A DNA stretch of 64,000 nt. Source: Patescibacteria group bacterium (lineage in GTDB: Bacteria > Patescibacteriota > Patescibacteriia > Patescibacteriales > UBA12465). The notes beneath the pieces are model-generated. The model made no database searches. It saw only the letters and a program-made list of their open reading frames with translations, and was not told the origin of the DNA. The stretch is from positions 320,576-384,575 of the forward strand of contig JBAZZR010000001.1 in assembly GCA_041658665.1 (NCBI GenBank), written 5' to 3'. Each line of letters starts with the position of its first letter. Within the stretch, counting starts at the first letter, position 1. The position numbers and the translations under genes are program-made. This document shows positions 28,542 to 37,702 of the stretch, piece after piece.

Positions 28542-30011
28542 ATGGATAGAACTAAGATTTTTAAGCTAATTATGCCTAAAAAATTAAGCAAAAAACAGAA
28601 CATCTACTGTATCGGCGTAAAAGGAGTCGGCATGACTATGTTGGCCCAATTTTTGGCGGCGAAAGGGAATAAGATAAGCGGGTCGGATATTGTTGATGTC
28701 TTTTTAACCGATCGGGTTTTGCGGAAAGCTAAAATCAAGGTTTTTTCTCCTTTTGCCGTAAAAAATATTCCGGATAAAATAGATGCCATTATATATTCTA
28801 CTTCCCAAGATTTGAAAAATAATCCGGAGCTAGCTTTTATTAAGAATAACCCGGCTCGTTTCCAGGGGGTATCGTTTTTGTCTTATGCCGAAGCGCTCGG
28901 TCAAGTTTTTAATCAATATCGAGGCGTAGCCGTCTGCGGCAGCCATGGTAAGACGACGACTTCGGCTTGGCTCGGCTATGTTTTAATGAAGGCCGGAAAA
29001 AAACCTAATGTTCTAGTGGGTTCGCGCGTTCCACAATTCGCTGGCAGCGGCCTGTCCGGATCGTCGTCAGATTTTATTGCCGAAGTTGATGAATATCAGA
29101 ATAAGCTCCAGTATTTTCAGCCGCACGGCGTAGTCTTGAATAATATTGATTATGACCATCCAGATTTCTTTAAAACCCCGGCGGCTTATACTAAAGTCTT
29201 CGCGGATTTCGTAAAGAAAATTCCGGCTCGCGGATTCTTAGTCGTTAGTCAACGCGACTTAGAAAGCCAGAAAATAAAAAGATATTGTCGCGGTAAGCTT
29301 ATTAGTTATAATTTAGTAACTGGCTCGTATGGCGCTGGCGCCGACTACTTAGCTTATGACGTAAAAACGTCAGGGATCTTTCAATCATTTTCTTTAAGTT
29401 ATCAGGGCGAGGCTTTGGGTCGCTTTAAGATCAAGCTTTGGGGCGAGCATAATATCTTGAATGCGCTTGCGACTATCGCAGCGGCGCGCGAAATGAAAGT
29501 CGCTTGGCCGCAGATTAGAAAACATTTAGCCGGTTTTCGTGGGACAGATCGCCGGGCGCAAATTTTAGGAAAATATAAAGGCGCTCTAATCGTTGATGAC
29601 TATGCCCATCATCCGACTGAAATTAAAAGCACTCTAGCCGGTTTACGTCGCCATTATCCGACTAAGAACATTATCACTGTTTTTCATCCCCATACTTTTA
29701 CTCGTACTAAAGCTTTCTTTAAAGATTTCGCCGTGTCTTTCGCCGATACGAATGAACTGATAGTCCTGGATATCTATGGCTCGGCGCGCGAGAAGCAAGG
29801 CGATGTCTCGAGCCGGGAATTAGTCGTTGCGATTAAGAAATATAATCAAAGCGCTCGGATCAAACAGCCGGTTCGCGCTATTGCTAATATTCCTGAGGCT
29901 ATTCAATATTTAAAAAATCGTCTCCAGGCCAGAGATTCGTTGGTTCTAATGGGAGCGGGCGACGTTTTCCGAATCGCTGACGGGTTGCTAAAACCTAATC
30001 AAAGAAAATAA
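28542..30011 (+). CDS. murC: UDP-N-acetylmuramate--L-alanine ligase
   Basis: IGVKGVGMTMLAQFLAAKGNKISGSD N-terminal Rossmann motif, GSHGKTTTS P-loop, and DDYAHHPTEI. Confidence 0.9.
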   Translation: MDRTKIFKLIMPKKLSKKQNIYCIGVKGVGMTMLAQFLAAKGNKISGSDIVDVFLTDRVLRKAKIKVFSPFAVKNIPDKIDAIIYSTSQDLKNNPELAFIKNNPARFQGVSFLSYAEALGQVFNQYRGVAVCGSHGKTTTSAWLGYVLMKAGKKPNVLVGSRVPQFAGSGLSGSSSDFIAEVDEYQNKLQYFQPHGVVLNNIDYDHPDFFKTPAAYTKVFADFVKKIPARGFLVVSQRDLESQKIKRYCRGKLISYNLVTGSYGAGADYLAYDVKTSGIFQSFSLSYQGEALGRFKIKLWGEHNILNALATIAAAREMKVAWPQIRKHLAGFRGTDRRAQILGKYKGALIVDDYAHHPTEIKSTLAGLRRHYPTKNIITVFHPHTFTRTKAFFKDFAVSFADTNELIVLDIYGSAREKQGDVSSRELVVAIKKYNQSARIKQPVRAIANIPEAIQYLKNRLQARDSLVLMGAGDVFRIADGLLKPNQRK

Positions 30012-30080
30012 ACTGTAACATTAGCCAGATTTTTTCGTATATTATAGTAGAGACTTAAGTCTAGCCATATTTTTGTTGTT

Positions 30081-31871
30081 ATGAATAAAGTAAAAAAGAC
30101 AATTAAAGAAACAGAGACTATTCCCCTAAAGATTTTTTGGGCAGAACTTTGGCGTTTGCTGGCGTCTTTTCGCGGTCTTTTTTGGGGAATCATTATTACT
30201 ATTTTTGCCGCCGCTCTTTTAGATTTAGGCAAACCTTATATTTTGAAGTTTGTTATTGACGGAGTAAGTAATTTTAGCGCCGATAGTCTGCCAGATTTAC
30301 TTAAACTGATTGTTCTTTATTTAGCTACCGACGAAGTTCGTTCTTTTGTCCAATATCTGAGTGATCGAAGAATTCTTAAGTTATTAGTAAAAGCTGAATA
30401 TTTTTTAGGGATTAAGGCTCAGGAAAAATTGGTCTACTTAAGCTTGGGTTATCATGAGCGAGAAAATACTGGTAGCAAAATTATTAAAATCGAAAAAGGG
30501 ATCGATAAGATTTCGGAATTTCTTAATAATATGTCTTGGGAGGTTATTCCGACCATGATTCAACTCGCCCTAACCCTGCCGGCTTTATTCTGGGCGGATT
30601 GGCGTATTGGTTTATCTTTTTTATTTTTTGCGCCGCTCTTTATTACGGTAACCTATTGGTCGAACCGCAAGATGTATCCTGTTCGTAAACAAATCTATCG
30701 TGATTACGAAATGGCGAGCGGCAAAATGGGGCAAGCTATTTTAAATATCAATGCCGTCCAGTCCTTTGTCCAAGAGCCGCGCGAGATGAGCGGTTTTGAT
30801 GAGATTAAGCGTCATGTTCGGGATAATGAAGATAAACAATGGGGTTGGATGATGAAGGTTGGACTAGGTCGTAACCTAATTGTTGATGTCGGTCGCGCCT
30901 CTGTTCTTTTTCTCGGCGTCTATTTAGTTTTTAAAGGTTTAATTAGTGTTGGCTCTTTAATTTTTGTTTTTACGCTGAGCGAAAAAGCTTATGCTTCTTT
31001 ATATCGTTTGTCTCGTTTCTACGATAAGATGGAAGAGGGTCGGGAGGGAGTCAATCGTTTACTCGTTTTATTTAAGGCGGAAAATGACATAATTAATAAA
31101 GCTAATGGTTATAAACCCAAGCAGATTAAAGGTGAAATAAAATTTCAAACGGTTTCTTTCCGTTATGGAGATAATAAGCGGCCGGCGGTCAGCCAACTTA
31201 ACTTTAAAATTAATGCCGCCTGTGTGACGGCTTTAGTGGGGCCTTCCGGCGGCGGGAAAACGACAGTAGCGCGTCTAATTTATCGTCACTACGATCCTCA
31301 GGAAGGCCGAGTTTTGTTAGATGATAAAGATTTGCGTGATTACGACTTATATTCTTTTCGAAAATTTTTAGCCATTGTTCCGCAGGAAGTGGAAATTTTT
31401 GATTTAAGCGTGGCGGAAAATATCGCTTACGCTAAGCCAGGCGCGACTAAGAAGGAAATAGTGGCTGCGGCTAAAATTGCTAACGCCGCCGAGTTTATTG
31501 ATAAATTGGAAAATGGTTATGAGACAACAGTCGGCGAACGCGGGATTAAACTTTCCGGCGGACAACGCCAGCGCGTCGGTATCGCTCGAGCGATTTTAGC
31601 TAATCCGCGAGTCTTAATTTTTGATGAAGCGACTTCTAACTTAGATAGTCAGAGCGAATTTTTAATTCAAGATGCGCTCGAAAAAATTAGTCGGGATCGA
31701 ACGATGATTATTATTGCTCATCGTTTAAGTACGATTAAACGAGCCGATAAAATAATTGTCTTAGAGAATGGCCGCGTCGCCGAGGAAGGGAGTCATATTG
31801 AGTTAGCTAAAGTAGGCGGTGGTCTTTATGCTAAGCTTTTGAAGTTACAGACTATGGGGGAGGTGGACTAA
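30081..31871 (+). CDS. ABC exporter, fused permease/ATPase (MsbA-like type)
   Basis: Six-helix TMD followed by Walker A GPSGGGKTT, the signature LSGGQRQR, Walker B LIFDEATSNLD and the H-loop IAHRLST. Confidence 0.9.
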   Translation: MNKVKKTIKETETIPLKIFWAELWRLLASFRGLFWGIIITIFAAALLDLGKPYILKFVIDGVSNFSADSLPDLLKLIVLYLATDEVRSFVQYLSDRRILKLLVKAEYFLGIKAQEKLVYLSLGYHERENTGSKIIKIEKGIDKISEFLNNMSWEVIPTMIQLALTLPALFWADWRIGLSFLFFAPLFITVTYWSNRKMYPVRKQIYRDYEMASGKMGQAILNINAVQSFVQEPREMSGFDEIKRHVRDNEDKQWGWMMKVGLGRNLIVDVGRASVLFLGVYLVFKGLISVGSLIFVFTLSEKAYASLYRLSRFYDKMEEGREGVNRLLVLFKAENDIINKANGYKPKQIKGEIKFQTVSFRYGDNKRPAVSQLNFKINAACVTALVGPSGGGKTTVARLIYRHYDPQEGRVLLDDKDLRDYDLYSFRKFLAIVPQEVEIFDLSVAENIAYAKPGATKKEIVAAAKIANAAEFIDKLENGYETTVGERGIKLSGGQRQRVGIARAILANPRVLIFDEATSNLDSQSEFLIQDALEKISRDRTMIIIAHRLSTIKRADKIIVLENGRVAEEGSHIELAKVGGGLYAKLLKLQTMGEVD

Positions 31872-31914
31872 AGTTTATTTAGACTTTTCTCTATCTTTTT
31901 ACTATAATTAAATC

Positions 31915-32934
31915 ATGTTGAAAATAGAAGAGAATATAGTTCTCGCTCCATACACGACTCTCAAAATCGGCCCAGCAGCCGAATTTTTTGCTGTTATTAG
32001 AACCAAAGCTGAATTATTAGAAGCAATTAGCTGGGCTAAGGCCAACAAGAAACCGATTCATATCTTGGGTGGCGGTTCTAACGTTTTGATTATTAGTAAG
32101 TTAAAAGGTTTGGTTTTAAAGAATGAAATAAAAGGGATGGATTTGGTTGAAAAGGGAGAGACCCATGTTTTAGTCGAAGGGAAGTCGGGCGAAGTATGGA
32201 CGAAGTTTGTTAATTTTTGTGTCGGTCATAACCTGTACGGCTTGGAGAATTTATTTTTAATATATGGTACCGTCGGCGCTGCTCCGGTCCAGAATATCGG
32301 TGCTTATGGCGTCGAACTTAAAGATGTTTTTTATCATTTAAAAGCGATTGATCTAAAAACCGGTCATGAAAAGATATTCGCCAGTCGGGATTGCCATTTC
32401 AGTTATCGTAATAGTATCTTTAAGAATAAATTAAAGGGTCGTTATTTTATATATTCGGTGACGGTTAAGTTAAGTCGTCAGTCGGAATTAAAATTAGACT
32501 ATGGCTCAATTCGAGAAGAATTATTAAAAAAGAATATTAATGATCCAAGTTTGCGCGACGTTGTTAGAATTATTGAAGAAATTCGTAATGCTAAATTACC
32601 TAATCCCGTCGCTACCCCTAACGCCGGCTCTTTTTTCAAGAATACGGAAGTCAGCGTCCTTAAGTTTAAACAGTTACTCAAAAAATATCCTGATTTGCCA
32701 CATTTCGCGGCGGCCAGAGGAAAGATAAAAATCCCGACCGGCTGGCTGATCGAAAAAGCTGGATTCAAAGGCAAAAAAATCGGTCCAGTCGGCATGCACG
32801 ATAAACAAGCTCTCATCCTAGTAAATTACGATAACGCCAGCGCCCGTCAGGTTTTGACCTTGATTAAGAAAGTAAAAGCGGCGGTCAAAAAAAAGTTTGC
32901 TCTTGATTTAGAGGAAGAAGTTAATATATTATAA
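31915..32934 (+). CDS. murB: UDP-N-acetylenolpyruvoylglucosamine reductase
   Basis: TTLKIGPAAEFF, the FAD-binding ILGGGSNVL, GAAPVQNIGAYG and NAGSFFKN motifs. Confidence 0.9.
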   Translation: MLKIEENIVLAPYTTLKIGPAAEFFAVIRTKAELLEAISWAKANKKPIHILGGGSNVLIISKLKGLVLKNEIKGMDLVEKGETHVLVEGKSGEVWTKFVNFCVGHNLYGLENLFLIYGTVGAAPVQNIGAYGVELKDVFYHLKAIDLKTGHEKIFASRDCHFSYRNSIFKNKLKGRYFIYSVTVKLSRQSELKLDYGSIREELLKKNINDPSLRDVVRIIEEIRNAKLPNPVATPNAGSFFKNTEVSVLKFKQLLKKYPDLPHFAAARGKIKIPTGWLIEKAGFKGKKIGPVGMHDKQALILVNYDNASARQVLTLIKKVKAAVKKKFALDLEEEVNIL

Positions 32935-32940
32935 ATTGAT

Positions 32941-33378
32941 ATGAAAATAGTAATTTGCGCTAGTATTGATCTGACGCCGAAAATTAAAGAAGTGAAAGAT
33001 GTTCTAGAAAGTTTAGGGCACCAGACGGAGATACCTTTTATGTCACAAAGAATTATTCAGGGAGAAGTTTTGTTGGCCGATTTTTTGGCGGTTAAAGATA
33101 AGGAGGGCGATGCCAGTTTTCGAGCGGCCGCTGGCGAAGATTTAATTAAGAGGTATTATAATCTAATAAAAGAGGCCGATGCCGTTCTAGTCGTTAACGG
33201 AGAAAAGAAGGGAATTAAAAATTATATCGGCGGCAACGTTTTCCTCGAAATGGGTTTCGCTTATACTATGGATAAGAAAATATTTCTTTTTAATCCTATT
33301 CCGGAAATGGGTTACAGTGATGAGATAAAAGCCATGCAGCCGATAATTTTAAATAATGATTTAAGTAAAATTAATTAG
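32941..33378 (+). CDS. Nucleoside 2-deoxyribosyltransferase-like small Rossmann protein (tentative)
   Basis: MKIVICAS start, DAVLVVN, and GGNVFLEMGFAYTMDKKIFLF, which resembles the E-x-G-x-A segment of the NDT/YtoQ-like superfamily. Confidence 0.35.
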   Translation: MKIVICASIDLTPKIKEVKDVLESLGHQTEIPFMSQRIIQGEVLLADFLAVKDKEGDASFRAAAGEDLIKRYYNLIKEADAVLVVNGEKKGIKNYIGGNVFLEMGFAYTMDKKIFLFNPIPEMGYSDEIKAMQPIILNNDLSKIN

Positions 33379-33379
33379 T

Positions 33380-35284
33380 ATGCCATTAGTCGTTTCGCCA
33401 CTAAAAATTACTTCGTTCGAGCTTCGTCAAAAATATCTCGATTTTTTTAAAACTAAAAAACATTTGGTGATTTCCAGTGCTTCTTTAATCCCGGAAAATG
33501 ACCCGACTGTTTTATTTACGACGGCCGGTATGCACCCGCTAGTTCCTTATTTATTAGGAGAAAGACATCCGGCCGGCGAGCGGCTAGTTAACGCTCAGAA
33601 ATGTATTAGGACTGGAGATATCGAAGAAGTTGGCGATACGACTCATCATACTTTTTTCGAGATGATGGGCAACTGGTCTTTGGGCGATTATTTTAAAAAT
33701 GAGGCGATTGCTTATAGCTGGGAATTTCTAACTAGCGCTCAGTGGCTTGGTCTTGATAAAAATCGTTTAGCGGTTTCCGTTTTTGCGGGCGATGAAGACG
33801 CGCCGTTTGATGTCGAGGCCTATAATATCTGGGCGAAGATTTTTAGTGATAATAATCTCCCTCTAGAGAGAATCGCTAAATTGCCAAAAAAAAATAATTG
33901 GTGGGGGCCGGCGGGCCTGACCGGGCCTTGTGGACCGGATACGGAAATATTTTATTGGGCCGGCCCTCCAAGTGAAGTTCCGGCTAGCTTTAATGATGAT
34001 AATAATTATTGGGTAGAGATCTGGAATAATGTTTTCATGCAATACAATAAGAACGCCGCGGGGAAATTTGAGCCACTCGCTCAGAAAAACGTCGATACCG
34101 GCCTGGGTTTAGAAAGAGTTTTAGCCGTTATTAATGGTCTAGCTGATAATTATCAGACGGATTTATTTATAAATTTACTTAGAAAATTAGAGGAATTGAG
34201 CGGTCATGAGTATAACCAGAATCCTGAGATAACGCGGATGATGCGGATTATTGCCGATCATATTAAAGCGGCCACTTTTATCATCGGCGATATTCGTGGG
34301 GTGACGCCTTCTAATACGGATCAAGGCTATGTTGTTCGCCGTTTAATTAGACGAGCGGTTCGTTATGGACGCCAGCTCGGCATAACTCAAGAATCTTGGA
34401 CCGCTAGTCTTGCGGCCGCCGTGATCCGCGATTATCAAGATGTTTATTCCGATCTGCTCAGCCGTCAGGCCCTTATTTTAAATGAATTTAATAAAGAAGA
34501 AGATAAGTTTAGCCGGACGCTAGAAAAGGGGATGGAAAGAATTGAGAGATTATTTAAGAGTTATTCCGATATTTTAAAAGAATTCCAATTAGACGCCAAA
34601 ACACTTTTTGATTTATATCAGACTTATGGTTTTCCGATTGAATTAAGTTTTGAAGAAATAAATAAGTTAAGAGTGAAGAGTGGTGGGCTGTTAGTGCCTA
34701 AAGATGTGGAGTTAATGTTTTCAACTGGCTTTGCGGCTGAGCTAAAAAAACATCAAGACTTATCTCGGACCGCTTCAGCCGGCCGTTTTAAGGGCGGCCT
34801 AACCGATGCTGGTGTGGAGACGACTAAATTACATACGGCTGCCCATTTGCTACTCGCGGCGTTACGCCAAGTTTTAGGTGATTATGTCGTCCAAAAGGGG
34901 AGTAATATTACTCCAGAACGCCTGCGTCTCGATTTTTCCCATTCTGAAAAAATGACGCCGGAAGAGATTAAACAAGTTGAAGATTTGGTTAATGACGCTA
35001 TTAAACAGGATTATCCCGTTATTTGCGAAGAACTATCTTTAGCCCAAGCTAAGAGTAGGGGCGCTATGGGTGTCTTTGATTCTAAATATGGCGAGCGCGT
35101 TAAAGTCTATACGATTGCCCATTCACAAGAATTGAATACTCCTGATCTTAAAAAGGCTTTTTCTCAGGAAATTTGTGGCGGTCCGCATGTGGAACGAACT
35201 GGTATTTTAGGTCATTTTAAAATTCAGAAAGAGGAGGCCTCGAGCGCTGGAGTTCGACGCATTAAAGCTATTTTAGAGCTTTAG
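33380..35284 (+). CDS. alaS: Alanyl-tRNA synthetase, short form (catalytic plus editing domains only)
   Basis: FTTAGM, FFEMMGNWSLGDYFK and WVEIWNNVFMQY catalytic motifs. Editing-site HTAAHLL and CGGPHV. The protein ends about 30 aa later at 634 aa. Confidence 0.9.
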   Translation: MPLVVSPLKITSFELRQKYLDFFKTKKHLVISSASLIPENDPTVLFTTAGMHPLVPYLLGERHPAGERLVNAQKCIRTGDIEEVGDTTHHTFFEMMGNWSLGDYFKNEAIAYSWEFLTSAQWLGLDKNRLAVSVFAGDEDAPFDVEAYNIWAKIFSDNNLPLERIAKLPKKNNWWGPAGLTGPCGPDTEIFYWAGPPSEVPASFNDDNNYWVEIWNNVFMQYNKNAAGKFEPLAQKNVDTGLGLERVLAVINGLADNYQTDLFINLLRKLEELSGHEYNQNPEITRMMRIIADHIKAATFIIGDIRGVTPSNTDQGYVVRRLIRRAVRYGRQLGITQESWTASLAAAVIRDYQDVYSDLLSRQALILNEFNKEEDKFSRTLEKGMERIERLFKSYSDILKEFQLDAKTLFDLYQTYGFPIELSFEEINKLRVKSGGLLVPKDVELMFSTGFAAELKKHQDLSRTASAGRFKGGLTDAGVETTKLHTAAHLLLAALRQVLGDYVVQKGSNITPERLRLDFSHSEKMTPEEIKQVEDLVNDAIKQDYPVICEELSLAQAKSRGAMGVFDSKYGERVKVYTIAHSQELNTPDLKKAFSQEICGGPHVERTGILGHFKIQKEEASSAGVRRIKAILEL

Positions 35285-35315
35285 TCGGATATTGTTTGAT
35301 TTTAGGCGGTATCTA

Positions 35316-35344
35316 TTGACAACTTCTAATCTTATCTCTATAAT
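35316..35344 (+). promoter_or_regulatory. Perfect-consensus sigma70 promoter (TTGACA-17-TATAAT)
   Basis: TTGACA at 35316-35321, exactly 17 nt of spacer, and TATAAT at 35339-35344. Located upstream of infA-rpmJ-rpsM. Confidence 0.75.
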
Positions 35345-35395
35345 AATTTTATTAAGATTATTATAAAAAATAACTTAACTAATTTTTAAAGAATT

Positions 35396-35431
35396 TTGAT
35401 AAAGCCAAGCTAGTCTTTATCAAATTTTTTT
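35396..35431 (+). terminator. Terminator-like hairpin plus U-tract directly before infA (attenuator or end of a short transcript)
   Basis: TTGATAAAG (35396-35404) pairs with CTTTATCAA (35415-35423) around a 10-nt loop, followed by ATTTTTTT (T-run 35425-35431). Confidence 0.5.
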
Positions 35432-35437
35432 GTGTTA

Positions 35438-35695
35438 ATGTCAAAAGAAAAAGCAAATAGCCAGGACAGCTCCTCTACCCTTAATGCTAAGGATTTTATT
35501 GAGGTCACTGGCGAAGTTTTAGAACTTATGCCCGCCGCTACTTTTAGAGTGGCTCTGGACAGCGGACATGAAATTTTAGCTCATCTATCGGGCAAGATGC
35601 GGATGAATAAAATTCGTTTACTGCCGGGTGATAAAGTTAAGCTACAAATTAGCCCTTATGACCTTTCAAAGGGACGCATAACTTATCGTATGTAG
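35438..35695 (+). CDS. infA: Translation initiation factor IF-1
   Basis: The S1-like fold sequence [65 protein letters not shown] at 35438 preferred to GTG at 35432. There is a short N-terminal extension. Confidence 0.9.
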   Translation: MSKEKANSQDSSSTLNAKDFIEVTGEVLELMPAATFRVALDSGHEILAHLSGKMRMNKIRLLPGDKVKLQISPYDLSKGRITYRM

Positions 35696-35744
35696 AGGTT
35701 ATTTCGAGCTTGTTTATTCTGTTAATTTCTAGATAAATTTTAAT

Positions 35745-35858
35745 ATGAAAGTAAGATCCAGTGCTAAAAAAATTTGTAAAGATTGCAAAGTTGTCCGTCG
35801 TAAGGGTCGGGTTCACGTTATTTGCAAAAATCCTAAACATAAACAAAGACAAGGGTAA
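35745..35858 (+). CDS. rpmJ: 50S ribosomal protein L36
   Basis: Absent from the ORF track because it is below the length cut-off. I translated it by hand as [37 protein letters not shown] (37 aa, CxxC...C...H zinc motif). It sits between infA and rpsM as expected. Confidence 0.9.
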   Translation: MKVRSSAKKICKDCKVVRRKGRVHVICKNPKHKQRQG

Positions 35859-35953
35859 TTTTTCCAATTTCTAGCGAGCGGCCGGAAAGAAAGCTAAACT
35901 TTCATTCTCGAGCAAGCGACGAAATTTTATGCGCCTAAGGCGCTTATAATATT

Positions 35954-36349
35954 ATGGCAGTAAGAATTTCCGGGGTTAATATCCCTAATGATAAAAGAGT
36001 AGAAATTGCTTTAACCTATATTCACGGCATTGGCCGGACTCGTTCTAATAAGATTTTAGCGGAAGCTAAAATTGATAAAAATATTCGGGTTAAGGATTTA
36101 AAAGAAGCCGAGGCTAATACACTACGCGAAGCGATTGAAAAACATTATACGGTTGAAGGCGATTTGCGCCGCGAAGTTCAAGGTAATATTAAACGTTTAC
36201 GGGAAATCGGTTGTTACCGTGGCCTGCGTCACAATAAACATTTACCAGTCCGTGGTCAGAGAACAAAAACTAATAGCCGAACTGTGCGTGGTAATAAACG
36301 GGTGACTATGGGTAGCGGCAAGAGTAAAGCCGGTCTGCAGAAGACTTAA
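35954..36349 (+). CDS. rpsM: 30S ribosomal protein S13
   Basis: [22 protein letters not shown] and GCYRGLRH motifs. Confidence 0.95.
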   Translation: MAVRISGVNIPNDKRVEIALTYIHGIGRTRSNKILAEAKIDKNIRVKDLKEAEANTLREAIEKHYTVEGDLRREVQGNIKRLREIGCYRGLRHNKHLPVRGQRTKTNSRTVRGNKRVTMGSGKSKAGLQKT

Positions 36350-36363
36350 TTTATTATTTTAGG

Positions 36364-36387
36364 CCAAAGCGATTAGGCTTGGTTTTT
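36364..36387 (+). terminator. Terminator-like hairpin between rpsM and rpsK (possible internal attenuator)
   Basis: CCAAAGC / GCTTGG stem with one bulged A, a 6-nt loop, then TTTTT. Confidence 0.35.
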
Positions 36388-36414
36388 ATTAAAAATAATT
36401 AAAAAAGATTAAAT

Positions 36415-36996
36415 ATGCCTGAAGAAGTAAAACCTGCTACCAGTGAAGAAACTAAGGCGGCCAGTAGCCCGACTATTAAAGAAGATATGGCTCTCGAGTC
36501 TAAAGAGGACAAAGAGGGTCCGGATTTTTCTTTTGATTCTAGCGTAGAAGAATTACCTGAAGAAATTAAACAAAAATTAGAAAAGAATAAGGCGGCGAGA
36601 GCGAAAAAAAAATTAGTCAAAAAGAAAAAGAAAAAAACGGCTAAAGTCGTGAAAGTCGGCCGCGCGTATATTCAAGCTACTTATAATAATACGATAATTA
36701 CTTTGACTGATGCGGCGGGAGACGTAATTTCTTGGGCGAGTGCTGGTTTGGCGGGTTTTAAAGGGGCAAAAAAGGCGACCCCTTATGCAGCGCAAATTAT
36801 TACTAAAATTGCTAGTCAGAAAGCTAAAGAAGAATATGGTTTAGAAGAAGTCAGTGTTTTTGTGTCTGGTGTCGGTACTGGCCGGGAAGCCGCTATTCGG
36901 GCTTTGAATGCTAATGGCCTGAATGTCGTAGCTATTAAAGATACTACGCCCGTCCCTCATAACGGTTGCCGTCCTAAAAAACCACGCCGCGTCTAA
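36415..36996 (+). CDS. rpsK: 30S ribosomal protein S11 with an N-terminal charged extension of about 65 aa
   Basis: Core [39 protein letters not shown]. It is preceded by an E/K/S-rich low-complexity region and a K-run. Confidence 0.9.
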   Translation: MPEEVKPATSEETKAASSPTIKEDMALESKEDKEGPDFSFDSSVEELPEEIKQKLEKNKAARAKKKLVKKKKKKTAKVVKVGRAYIQATYNNTIITLTDAAGDVISWASAGLAGFKGAKKATPYAAQIITKIASQKAKEEYGLEEVSVFVSGVGTGREAAIRALNANGLNVVAIKDTTPVPHNGCRPKKPRRV

Positions 36997-37027
36997 TAGC
37001 TTATTTTCAAATTATAAATACTAAAAT

Positions 37028-37657
37028 ATGGGAAGAAATATCGATAGTACATGCAAACAGTGTCGTCGGGCTGGCGAAAAACTATTCTTAAAAGGGGATC
37101 GTTGTTTAACGCCTAAATGCGCGATGGTTAAACGTAATTCTATACCGGGTTTTCATGGGGCTAAGCCGCGCCGACGTTTAAGCGACTATGGTACGCAGTT
37201 AGCGGAAAAACAGAAAGCCAAGAAATTTTATGGTTTACTGGAGAAACAATTCCGTTTGACTTTTGTTAAAGCCTCTAAAAAAGCTGGTGATGCGGGCAAG
37301 AATTTTTTGCGCGCCCTAGAAATGCGTTTAGATAACGTAGTGTATCGGGCAGGCTGGGCTAGTTCGCGAGCGCAAGCACGTCAATTAGTTAATCATGGTC
37401 ATTTTACTGTTAACGGTCGTAAAGCCGACATCCCTTCTTTCAGTGTTAAAGCCGGACAAGTGATTAAGGTTAAAAAGAATAGCGTTACTAAAAAATATTT
37501 TAAAACGGCCGATGAAAAGTTAAAAAAAGCGGATCGACCGAGCTGGTTAAATTTTGATGTCAGCGACCTAAGCGCTAAAGTTCTCCATGAACCACAAGAT
37601 TCGGATCTACCTAAGAATTTAAATGTGCAAATTATAATTGAGTATTACTCAAAATAA
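37028..37657 (+). CDS. rpsD: 30S ribosomal protein S4
   Basis: CKQCRRAGEKLFLKGDRC..PKC zinc-finger N-terminus, LEMRLDNVVYR, and an S4 RNA-binding domain. Confidence 0.95.
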   Translation: MGRNIDSTCKQCRRAGEKLFLKGDRCLTPKCAMVKRNSIPGFHGAKPRRRLSDYGTQLAEKQKAKKFYGLLEKQFRLTFVKASKKAGDAGKNFLRALEMRLDNVVYRAGWASSRAQARQLVNHGHFTVNGRKADIPSFSVKAGQVIKVKKNSVTKKYFKTADEKLKKADRPSWLNFDVSDLSAKVLHEPQDSDLPKNLNVQIIIEYYSK

Positions 37658-37661
37658 AGTA

Positions 37662-37696
37662 ATTCGTTCCCGCTGAGTTTGGCTCGGTGGGCGAAT
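37662..37696 (+). promoter_or_regulatory. Imperfect 14-bp hairpin in the rpsD-rpoA spacer
   Basis: Pairing is ATTCG..CCC GCT GAG / CTC GGT GGG CGAAT with the loop TTTGG. No U-tract follows. Confidence 0.35.
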
Positions 37697-37702
37697 AAAT
37701 TT

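Noticed and set aside
30050-30061. A 12-bp perfect palindrome, AGACTTAAGTCT, upstream of the ABC exporter, considered as a possible operator.
   Set aside because: It is short and occurs once, with no flanking half-site repeats. Such palindromes are expected by chance in 64 kb.
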